The position numbers were made by a program, and so were the translations under genes. A stretch of DNA of 64,000 nt from Eledone cirrhosa. Its lineage: Eukaryota. How positions within the stretch are numbered: position 1 is the first letter of the stretch; the number at the start of each line of letters is the position of its first letter. The stretch lies in NCBI GenBank assembly GCA_964016885.1, contig OZ024751.1, positions 6,138,001 to 6,202,000 on the forward strand. The letters are read 5' to 3'. The notes beneath the pieces are model-generated. The model searched no databases. It was not told the origin of the DNA and saw only the letters and a program-made list of their open reading frames with translations. Below, piece after piece: positions 38,818 to 50,532 of the stretch.

Positions 38818-39862
38818 TAGAGAGAGACAGAGATAGAGAGATGGAGAGAGAAAGAGAGCGAGATAGAGAGAGAAACTCATTCATATTGCCGTTTACCAGA
38901 GAGTTGTTCTGTTCACTAACGTTTATAAGTTTATAAGTGAATCACGTCACCCACTTCGTTTAATGACGTTTTCTTTTTTTTTATAGTCCCATGTTGTTTT
39001 AACGAGAACATTTGTTTTTTCGTCTCAACGTTTATGTATTCCCATCTGTCCATGTATGTATTATTTTTGTTTCTATTCCCAATCATATGATGTTAATGCG
39101 TTCGGCTTTTTTCCGTTCTTTTAAACACTTCAAACTGATAAAATTAATGTCAGATAACAATCGAAATAATTCACCACGAACGAGATGTTTGTTATTTGTC
39201 TTTATTCTCTTTTTCTCTCTTTGATATTCCATTTTTGTTTCATTTCTGTCTAAAATCGATTTCACTTCACTTAAAGTCAATTAAAAGCAATTTTTTTTTT
39301 TTCGTAAAATTTTAATCGATGTAAATTTAAGAACGATATATCCTATGAAATAAACTATGTTACTAGTAATGATTATATATTTTATTTTTAACAGAATCTT
39401 TTGCCTTTGAACTGAAAATTCTTAGATATACCCGTAAAAGACGTAGGATCAACAAAATCAATAATGACAATGATTGCAATTTTATAAACTGCTATCACGT
39501 CAGATACCCACTTGGAAAACAAATTAGGTTGGATATTAACATCTATGAGATTGGTTGGGGTCGCATGAGGGATCCAGTCGGATCAGTTGGAGACAATTAG
39601 CTTCTGATAGGACACGGTTGGAAGGGGTGTTTGTGGATTCTGCCGCCTTACGAACCTCTCAGGATATGTGCCCGAAGAAGAAAACGAAGAAGTAGAAGAA
39701 GAGAAAGAAAATGAAGAAACAAAAAAAAGAAGTAAATGAAGGAGAACGAGAGGAAGAACTATAGTATATTACTGGTACTTTACATAGCAAGACATTATGT
39801 GTATTTAAATTAACAAGTACATTATCCGATATTATGGGTGACCCTCTCAAGAATGAATGGGC

Positions 39863-39863
<1 letters not shown>

Positions 39864-39896
<33 letters not shown>

Positions 39897-39948
39897 TGTT
39901 TCTAAGTTAGGCAGAAGGCCAGCAATTACCCAGTGTATTATTGGTACT

Positions 39949-40021
<73 letters not shown>
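39864..40021. repeat. (AAT)n tract interrupted by a minus-strand SINE family 1 3' fragment (39897-39950)
   Basis: Direct reading. Confidence 0.9.
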
Positions 40022-40023
<2 letters not shown>

Positions 40024-42565
40024 GAAAAGATCTGGGCCGAAGAAAAAGTTCATAACATACATGCCCCATGGATAGACAGACAAATGAAAGAAACAGCTCA
40101 CCTTGAAGAACAAACATGGGAAAATATAACAGTTGAACAGCTGCGCTTGGCTCTAAGAAAAACCAGCAAATGGAAATCCCCAGGAAAAGACAAAATACAA
40201 AACTTTTGGATAAATGCCTTCACAGAGTCTCATGAGCTGTTAGCCCAACTTTACAATGAAATAGTTAAGGAGCCAGAAAAGATACCATCATGGCTAGTTA
40301 ACGGCATTACATTCCTGCTACCGAAGAATGATGAGACAAACAATCCCAAAAATTACAGACCGATAACCTGCTTGACCACAATGTATAACATTTTAACATC
40401 AGTCCTAACTGAATACACATATGACCACCTGATAACAAATGACCTATTTCCCATTGAGCAGAAAGGGTGTAAACGAGGCTCATATGGCTGTAAGGATCAG
40501 CTTCTGGTTAACAAAATGATACTGGAAGATTGTCATAATAGACACAAAAATCTATCGATTGCTTGGATAGATTATAAAAAAGCATTTGATAGTTTGCCAC
40601 ACAGTTGGATTGAAAAATGTTTAGAGATTTTCAAAATATCCCCCGTTATCAGGAGGTTTTTGTCATTCAGTATGAGGACATGGAGAACGACACTCCTTTT
40701 GAATAGTGAAACAAAATTACTGGAAGCTGGAGAAGTTAACATTAATTGTGGAATTTTTCAGGGTGACTCTTTATCACCGCTTTTATTCTGCATCGCACTT
40801 ATACCATTAAGTAAAATGCTCAATGAAACAAAACATGGATATAGAGTCTATGACAAAACCATTAATCACCTGTTCTACATGGATGACCTGAAACTATTTG
40901 CAAAAAATGATGAACAATTGCAAGGGCTATTATCCACTGTGAAGCAGTTCAGTGATGACATTAAAATGGAGTTTGGACTGGATAAATGCGCCAAAGCAAC
41001 GTTCACCAGAGGAAAGCTGCTGAAGAGTTCAGACATTAATCTTGATCGGGGGAACGTGATAAGAGAGCTTGATCAAGAACAAACTTACAAATATCTAGGT
41101 GTTTGTGAAGGAGACGGAATCAAGCACTCGACAATGAGGGAAAGGATAAGGAAGGAATGTTACCGCAGAGTAAGAGCAATCTTAAGAACGGAATTGAATG
41201 CAAGGAATAGGATCGATGCCATAAACACGCTTGCCATACCAGTAGTAACCTACAGTTACAATGTCATCAACTGGTCAAGCACAGAGATTCGTAGGCTCGA
41301 TACAAAAATCCGAAAATTCTTAACCATGCACAGAATGCATCACCCTAAGGCAGACATAGATAGAATATATCTCCCTAGGAAAGAAGGAGGACGTGGGTTA
41401 ATCCAGTTAGACATTGCGTTGAAAACTGCAACAATTGGATTATCCACATATCTAAGGGAATCACATGATTGGATGATCAAACTCGTTTTGAAACACGAAA
41501 GCACCAAAAGATCATATTCCATTACAAAAGATGCACAAAGATACAGTAATGGACTACAAATTTCACAAGTCCCATTTACTGCTGAAATGTAAAACACAGA
41601 AAAAGCAAAGCAGGTAAAAGTAACTGCAAAGAAAGAACTGCTACAGAAACTGGCTAAGAAATGGCAAGAAAAGCCTCTGTATGGAAAATACCCAGAGCGA
41701 GCTAACAATCCTGATGTTGACAAAACTTTAACCCATCAGTGGTTGGCATCCTCTGGACTGAAATCGGAGACTGAAGGACTGATTATATCCGCACAAGATC
41801 AGTGTCTGCCAACAAAAAATTACCAAGCCAACATAATAAAAAATGGGTGCAGCCCATTATGCCGTGTATGCAAAAAACAACCAGAGACCATTGACCATAT
41901 AATTTCAATGTGCAGTCCTATAGCTCCAACCGAATACCTAAACAGGCATGACAGAGCTGCACAATACATACATTGGATAATGTGCAAGCATTTTGACCTG
42001 CCCCATCAAAAGAATTGGTGGGAGCATCAACCACCTCCCATACTTGAAAAAGATCACATCTCAATCTTGTGGAACTTTAGCATCCAAACAGACCGAAAAA
42101 TAGATGCACATAGACCTGATATAATATTGAAGGACTTTCAAAGGAGGGTATGCCTGCTAATTGATATGTCTGTTCCAATAGACAAGAATGTATCTATAAA
42201 AACATTTGAAAAATTGAGCAAGTATAAGGACCTGGAGATAGAAATTGGAAAAATGTAGAAATTGAGAACTAAAACAATACCAGTGGTTGTAGGCGCTCTG
42301 GGAATGATACCTAAGGGGTCTAACGACTACTTATCGCAAATCCCAGGAAACCCGCGTATAGGAGAAATACAAAGATAGTACTAATGGGAACTGCCCATAT
42401 ACTAAGGAAGATCCTGTCAATATAAGTACATCACAAGTCTAAACACTAAGGATGCATGTGTGAATATGTGTGTTCTTTCTTGAACATGGCGGACCTTGTT
42501 GTCTCTTGAGGTCACTGGTTGTGACTTGGTGATAACTCGTATAAACATAAAGCAAGATAAATGCA
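40022..42565 (+). mobile_element. R4/Dong-clade non-LTR retrotransposon, family A copy 1 (5'-truncated, stops at 41590 and 42256)
   Basis: KSPGKDKI, NYRPITCL, WIDYKKAFDS, GIFQGDSLSP, YMDD, CRVC..E..DHI...C and RPDI..D..LID (RLE). (AAT)5 tail at 42566-42580. Confidence 0.92.
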
Positions 42566-42580
42566 AATAATAATAATAAT

Positions 42581-43514
42581 GTGACCTATAGTAAGGAGCC
42601 AATGCTCAGAACTGTACTGAAGGAGGGGACAGTAGGCCAGGGGATGTCCAAGGAGGAAATAACATCAAGGAGGAAGAGCAGCCTTAAGGGAAAATCCCTT
42701 CATAGTACCTTCTTTGAGAAAACTGAATTTAGAGATCCACAGACATGGAAATGGTTGAGAAGAGGAGACCTCAAAAAGGCTACAAAAGGAATGCTAATGG
42801 CTGCGCAGGAGCAGGCCCTCAAAACGAAATGGGTGAAGCACCATATTTACAAGGAGGAGGCTAGCCCACTGTGCAGGATCTGTGGAGAGAGGAGACTGTG
42901 GCTCACATTGTGTCCGAGTGTAAACACCTAGCCCAGACCCACTATAAGGGCTGGAGACACGATGTGATGGGCAGGGTGATCCACTGGCACCTGTGCAAAG
43001 TAAACAATTTACCACATTCTGAGAAATGGTATGAGCATAGGCCAGAGGCGGTGATGGAGAACAATCAGGTGAAGGTGCTGTGGGATTTTAGGATACAGAC
43101 GGACAAAAAACTGGAACACAATAGACCTGACCTGGTGGTTGTGGACAAAGAAATAAGATCGTGTCTGATTGTGGATGTGGCCTGCCCTTTCGACACGAGA
43201 GTGCAAGAGAAGGAGAGGGAGAAAATTAACCGATACCAGGACCTAAAGTGGGAGGTGAAAAGGATTTGGAACTGCCATGAAGTCAAAGTGATCCCGATTG
43301 TCATAGGCGCACTGGGGACTCTCTCCAAAAGTTTCCAGGGATGGTTAAAGAAAATCGGCCCCTTCACGCTTTTTGGAACGCTTCAAAAGGCATGCTTGCT
43401 TGGAACAGCAAGAACCCTGCGATACGTCCTGAATATCCGAGGCTGCAGGTAGTGGCTTGATATTCATTCCAACGGACTTTCCAGTTAACCAACATCAATG
43501 ACTGAGATTCAAGG
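42581..43514 (+). mobile_element. R4/Dong family B copy 1 (3' 0.9 kb)
   Basis: CRICG..ETVAHIVSEC and RPDLVVVD..IVDVACPFD. (AAT)n tail at 43515-43550. Confidence 0.9.
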
Positions 43515-43550
43515 AATAATAATAATAGTAATAATAATAATAATAATAAT

Positions 43551-45526
43551 AGTTTGCCACACAGTTGGATTGAAAAATGTTTAGAGATTTTCAAAGTATC
43601 CCCCGTTGTCAGGAGCTTTTTGTCATTCAGTATGAAGACATGGAGAAAGACACTCCTTTTGAATAGTGAAACAAAATCACTGGAAGCTGGAGAAGTTAAT
43701 ATTAATTGTGGAATTTTTCAGGGTGACTCTTTATCACCGCTTTTATTCTGCATCGCAATTATACCATTAAGTAAAATGCTCAATGAAACAAAACATGGAT
43801 ATAGAGTCTATGACAAAACCATTAATCACCTGTTCTACATGGATGACCTGAAACTATTTGCAAAAAATGATGAACAATTGCAAGGGCTATTATCCACTGT
43901 GAAGCAGTTCAGTGATGACATTAAAATGGAGTTTGGACTGGATAAATGCGCCAAAGCAACGTTCACCAGAGGAAAGCTGCTGAAGAGTTCAGACATTAAT
44001 CTTGATCGGGGGAACGTGATAAGAGAGCTTGATCAAGAAAAATCTTACAAATATCTAGGTGTTTGTGAAGGAGACGGAATCAAGCACTCGACAATGAGGG
44101 AAAGGATAAGGAAGGAATGTTACCGCAGAGTAAGAGCAATCTTAAGAACGGAATTGAATGCAAGGAATAGGATCGATGCCATAAACACGCTTGCCATACC
44201 AGTAGTAACCTACAATTACAATTATCATCAACTGGTCAAGCACAGAGATCCGTAGGCTCGATACAAAAATCCGAAAATTCTTAACCATGCACAGAATGCA
44301 TCACCCTAAGGCAGACATAAATAGAATATATCTCCCTAGGAAAGAAGGAGGACGTGGGTTAATCCAGTTAGACATTGCGTTGAAAACTGCAACAATTGGA
44401 TTATCCACATATCTAAGGGAATCACATGATTGGATGATCAAACTCGTTTTGAAACACGAAAGCACCAAAAGATCATATTCCATTACAAAAGATGCACAAA
44501 GATACAGTAATGGACTACAAATTTCAGAAGTCCCATTTACTGCTGAAATGGAAAACACAGAAAAAGCAAAGCAGGTAAAAGTAACTGCAAAGAAAGAACT
44601 GCTACAGAAACTGGCTAAGAAATGGCAAGAAAAGCCTCTGTATGGAAAATACCCAGAGCGAGCTAACAATCCTGATGTTGACAAAACTTTAACCCATCAG
44701 TGGTTGGCATCCTCTGGACTGAAATCGGAGACTGAAGGACTGATTATATCGGCACAAGATCAGTGTCTGCCAACAAAAAATTACCAAGCCAACATAATAA
44801 AAAATGGGTGCAGCCCATTATGCCGTGTATGCAAAAAACAACCAGAGACCATTGACCATATAATTTCAATGTGCAGCCCTATAGCTCCAACTGAATACCT
44901 AAACAGGCATGACAGAGCTGCACAATACATACATTGGATAATGTGTAAGCATTTTGACCTGCCCCATCAAAAGAATTGGTGGCAGCATCAACCACCTCCC
45001 ATACTTGAAAAAGATCACATCTCAATTTGTGGAACTTTAGCATCCAAACAAGCCGAAAAATAGATGCAAATAGACCTGATATAATATTGAAGGACTTTCA
45101 AAGGAGGGTATGCCTGCTAATTGATATGTCTGTTCCAATAGACAAGAATGTATCTATAAAAACATTTGAAAAATTGAGCAATTATAAGGACCTGGAGATA
45201 GAAATTGGAAAAATGTGGAAATTGAGAACTAAAACAATACCAGTGGTTGTAGGCGCTCTGGGAATGATACCTAAGGGGTCTAACGACTACTTATCGCAAA
45301 TCCCAGGAAACCCGCGTATAGGAGAAATACAAAAGATAGTACTAATGGGAACTGCCCATATACTAAGGAAGATCCTGTCAATATAAGTACATCACAAGTC
45401 TAAACACTAAGGATGCATGTGTGAATATGTATGTCCTTTCTTGAACATGGCGGACCTTGTTGTCTCTTGAGGTCACTGGTTGTGACTTGGTGATAACTCG
45501 TATGAACATAAAGCAAGATATATGCA
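43551..45526 (+). mobile_element. R4/Dong family A copy 2 (5'-truncated, frameshifted)
   Basis: Near-identical to 40591-42565. (AAT)n tail at 45527-45548. Confidence 0.92.
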
Positions 45527-46498
45527 AATAATAATAATAATAATAATAAAAGGGAAGAAGACGCACGAGGTGACGGAAGGTCATGAAATCGCTCCCGTAA
45601 GTTTTGAATTTTTAACATATTTAAATCATTTGTGAAATATCAACTCTTAGTACAAATGCTACGTAAAGCATCCGGCTTGAGCCCCAAAAAATTCGGACCC
45701 AAAATATATTGTTATAAGGCTCAAATATTCAAATATTCAACTTTGTATTGTACATTGTATATTCAAAAAAGAAAATGGCTATAAATGGAAGAAGAAACCA
45801 CCACCCTCCTCTGTCTACGCTATATAGAACAGCCAAACAACACCAGAAACTAGATACAACACCTACCCCATCACCTCTCTGTGTACACTAAACACAACAG
45901 CCAGATAACGGCAATTTCACCACCACCACTCATTACTGCCATCATTACCACCACTATCCCATCACCGCCGCCACCACTCCTTCATTGCTACCACCGCTAC
46001 AACACCATCACTACAGTAATATGATCACGTCACCACCACCACTGCCTCGGTATCGACATCACCACCACCACTGTCTCAGTATCGATACCGCCGCTACTGT
46101 CTCCCACATCTCCCCGCCGCCACCACTCCTTCAATGCTACCACCACTATTCCCCTGTTAACTTGAGAGAGAAAGGGGAAGGTGGCGGTATCACTTAGACA
46201 AGGGAGAGGCTAGCAAAAGATATAAATAGATTGACTTAGTGACCTGGCCAAGGCCAAACGACAATATCAACAAATATGGGACTGCTGGCTCACCCCTTCC
46301 TCACCAACAATATAAAAAGCCCCGGGACCACCACCGACATAGCCAACAACAATAACAGCCAACTACAACAAAAAGTATATTATATTATTGTAATGCACTG
46401 GGTGATTTCTGGCCTTGTGCCTGGAGTGGAGACAATTATTGATAATTTCATTCTTAAGCCACGCAATGCACACATTAAGGAACCACTCATGATAATAA

Positions 46499-49400
46499 CG
46501 ATTTAAAAAAAAAACAACAAAAAGAAAACCCCGTGACCAAGAAATACCGGGATGGCGGCCGGCGGGGAATAGCCGTGTCTCTAGGGGAGAACGACCACTC
46601 TAGTCTTGGTTGACACTCGTTCTAGAAGTGGTAACACGAAATGATTACCCCTTGGCGGATAAGGATAAAACGCGAAAAAATAAAGTAAATGTCTAATGAT
46701 AAAATCTCATACCGGATCGGCCGTCACCCGGGTAAAAAAGGGCCGCGTCCCTCAGAGAGGAACCAGACTGGGGTCGAAAAATCAGCTATTGGTTCAAACC
46801 TTCCCATCACTTCGGAGCTGGAGACCTCCCATAAACGGAATACTCCTACTGTTGGCCCTCCATGCTCACCACCAAGAAATCCAAAGAAAAAGAGAGAAAC
46901 ATGGTCAAGGGAAGATAATAAAGAAGTCCTTGAGGCTTTCTACACTGTCATGTACTACCCATCAAATACATCGAATACAGAACAGACATATATCAACTGG
47001 AAAAAGAAACATCCCGAAAACAGAGGCTATATTGACAGTAACAAACTAGCCAATATACGAAGAAATATTGTAAGAAAAAAGTTACTAACTGATATAGAAA
47101 TTGATCAGATCAAGCTATTAGCACAAAATCAGCAAAGGGAAAATGAAACATGTGTCAGTGAAAACGAGGTAAACTGTAACACTTCGAATCCCAGGGTTGG
47201 GGCGGAATCACTGGCAACAGAACAAATTAAAGAAAGGATCGAAAAAGTGGAGGGAGTGCATGCTCAGGATGAAACTCCAAATGAAAATAATGAGATCGTA
47301 AATGATAAGGAAATGAATGAGAATGAACTTGCCAACTTGAAGGATGAAATTATGATCGAATGGATGAAAATGAAAGAATCTGACATGGGGAAACGAGACA
47401 CCCTCCCTAAGATCCAGAACTCCAAACAGAACCAAAAGATAATACACAAGACTAACATAATTCTCAAAAACATTATCATCACAAACAAACTAAACATTAC
47501 TGATTTAAATCATCTCTATTATGCATCGGCTAAAGTCACCACTCACTTATGTGGAGTGAAGATGAAAAAACAAAGGAATTCCCACAAGAAATCTACTTGG
47601 CAAGAGAACATCAATCGCCAAATAAACCTTCTCCGATCTGACATAGAAATTTTAACAAACTATATATTAGGTGAACATGTTAAACAAACTAAACTTAGAA
47701 AATTGAAAAAAAAGTACAGTATAAAATCAACATGTGACATAGACATGCTGATAGAAATAATCAAGCAAAGAGTGTCGGCCAAAGCTGCTCGTATAAGGCG
47801 CTTTGAAAAACGATCTAGATTCTATAAGGACAATAATATGTTCAAAAACAACCATAGAAACTTCTACAGAAAAATTGATAAGTCAACAATAACTGCTAAA
47901 TCAATACCACCCAAGGAGGAAGTGCAAGAATTCTGGTAAAAGATCTGGGCCGAAGAAAAAGTTCATGACATACATGCCCCATGAACAGACAGACAAATGA
48001 AAGATACAGCTCACCTTGAGGAACAAACATGGGAAAATATAACAGTTGAACAGTTGCGCTTGGCTCTAAGAAAAACCAGCAAATGGAAATCCCCAGGAAA
48101 AGACAAAATGCAAAACTTTTGGATAAATGCCTTCACAGAGTCTCATGAGCTGTTAGCCCAACTTTACAATGAAATAGTTAAGGAGCCAGAAAAGATACCA
48201 TCATGGCTAGTTACCGGCATTACATTCCTGCTTCCGAAGAATGATGAGACAAACAATCCCAAAAATTATAGACCGATAACTTGCTTGACCACAATGTATA
48301 ACATTTTAACATCAGTCCTAACTAAATACATATATGACCACCTGATAACAAATGACCTATTTCCCATTGAGCAGAAAGGGTGTAAACGAGGCTCATATGG
48401 CTGTAAGGATCAGCTTCTGGTTAACAAAATGATACTGGAAGATTGTCATAATAGACACAAAAATCTATCGATTGCTTGGATAGATTATAAAAAAGCATTT
48501 GATAGTTTGCCACACAGTTGGATTGAAAAATGTTTAGAGATTTTCAAAGTATCCCCCGTTGTCAGGAGGTTTTTGTCATTCAGTATGAAGACATGGAAAA
48601 CGACACTCCTTTTGAATAGTGAAACAAAATCACTGGAAGTTGGAGAAGTTAATATTAATTGTGGAATTTTTCAGGGTGACTCTTTATCACCGCTTTTATT
48701 CTGCATCGCACTTATACCATTAAGTAAAATGCTCAATGAAACAAAACATGGATATAAAGTCTATGACAAAACCATTAATCACCTGTTCTACATGGATGAC
48801 CTGAAACTATTTGCAAAAAAATGATGAACAATTGCAAGGGCTATTATCCACTGTGAAGCAGTTCAGTGATGACATTAAAATGGAGTTTGGACTAGATAAA
48901 TGCGCCAAAGCAACGTTCACCAGAGGAAAGCTGCTGAAGAGTTTAGACATTAATCTTGATCGGGGGAACGTGATAAGAGAACTTGATCAAGAAAAAACTT
49001 ACAAATATCTAGGTGTTTGTGAAGGAGACGGAATCAAGCACTCGACAATGAGGGAAAGGATAAGGAAGGAATGTTACCGCAGAGTAAGAGCAATCTTAAG
49101 AACGGAATTGAATGCAAGGAATAGGATCGATGCCATCAACACGCTTGCCATACCAGTAGTAACCTACAATTACAATTATCATCAACTGGTCAAGCACAGA
49201 GATCCGTAGGCTCGATACAAAAATTCGAAAATTCTTAACCATGCACAGAATGCATCACCTTAAGGCAGATATAGATAGAATATATCTCCCTAGGAAAGAA
49301 GGATGACGTGGGTTAATCCAGTTAGACATTGCGTTGAAAACTGCAACAATTGGATTATCTACATATCTAAGGGAATCACATGATTGGATGATCAAACTCG

Positions 49401-50463
49401 TTTTGAAACACGAAAGCATCAAAAGATCATGTTCCATTACAAAAGATGCACAAAGATACAGTAATGGACTACAAATTTCAGAAGTCCCATTTACTGCTGA
49501 AATGGAAAACACAGAAAAAGCAAAGCAGGTAAAAGTAACTGCAAAGAAAGAACTGCTACAGAAACTGGCTAAGAAATGGCAAGAAAAGCCTCTGTATGGA
49601 AAATACCCAGAGCGAGCTAACAATCCTGATGTTGACAAAACTTTAACCCATCAGTGGTTGGCATCCTCTGCACTGAAATCGGAGACTGAAGGACTGATTA
49701 TATCGGCACAAGATCAGTGTCTGCCAACAAAAAATTACCAAGCCAACATAATAAAAAATGGGTGCAGCCCATTATGCCGTGTATGCAAAAAACAACCAGA
49801 GATTGTGCAGTCCTATAGCTCCAACCGAATACCTAAACAGGCATGACAGAGCTGCACAATACATACATTGGATAATGTGTAAGCATTTTGACCTGCCCCA
49901 TCAAAAGAATTGGTGGCAGCATCAACCACCTCCCATACTTGAAAAAGATCACATCTCAATTTGTGGAACTTTAGCATCCAAACAGACCGAAAAATAGATG
50001 CAAACAGACCTGATATAATATTGAAAGACTTTCAAAAGAGAGTATGCCTGCTAATTGATATGTCTGTTCCAATAGACAAGAATGTATCTATAAAAACATT
50101 TGAAAAATTGAGCAAGTATAAGGACCTAGAGATAGAAATTGGAAAAATGTAGAAATTGAGAACTAAAACAATACCAGTGGTTGTAGGCGCTCTGGGAATG
50201 ATACCTAAGGGGTCTAATGATTACATATCGCAAATCCCAGGAAACCCGCGTATAGGAGAAATACAAAAGATAGTACTAATGGGAACTGCCCATATACTAA
50301 GGAAGATTCTGTCAATATAAGTACATCATAAGTCAAAACACTAAAGATGCATGAGTGAATATGTATGTTCTTTCTTGAACATGGCGGACCTTGTTGTCTC
50401 TTGAGGTCACTGGTTGTGACTTGGTGATAACTCGTATGAACATAAAGCAAGATAAATGCAACT

Positions 50464-50464
<1 letters not shown>
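46499..50464 (+). mobile_element. R4/Dong family A copy 3, apparently full length but disabled
   Basis: 5' UTR, then a single ORF from ATG 46689 (RETWSREDNKEV N-terminal motif) through RT and RLE, broken by stops (47937, 47982) and frameshifts. (AAT)n tail at 50466-50531. 5' boundary approximate. Confidence 0.9.

Positions 50465-50531
<67 letters not shown>

Positions 50532-50532
<1 letters not shown>

Noticed and set aside
39838-40021. Poly-Ile N-terminus of the 584-aa ORF
   Set aside because: Chance read-through of (AAT)n and a SINE stub into a truncated RT, not a signal peptide or domesticated gene.
45900-46150. His/Pro-rich ORF 45985-46197
   Set aside because: Degenerate (CAC)n low-complexity sequence.
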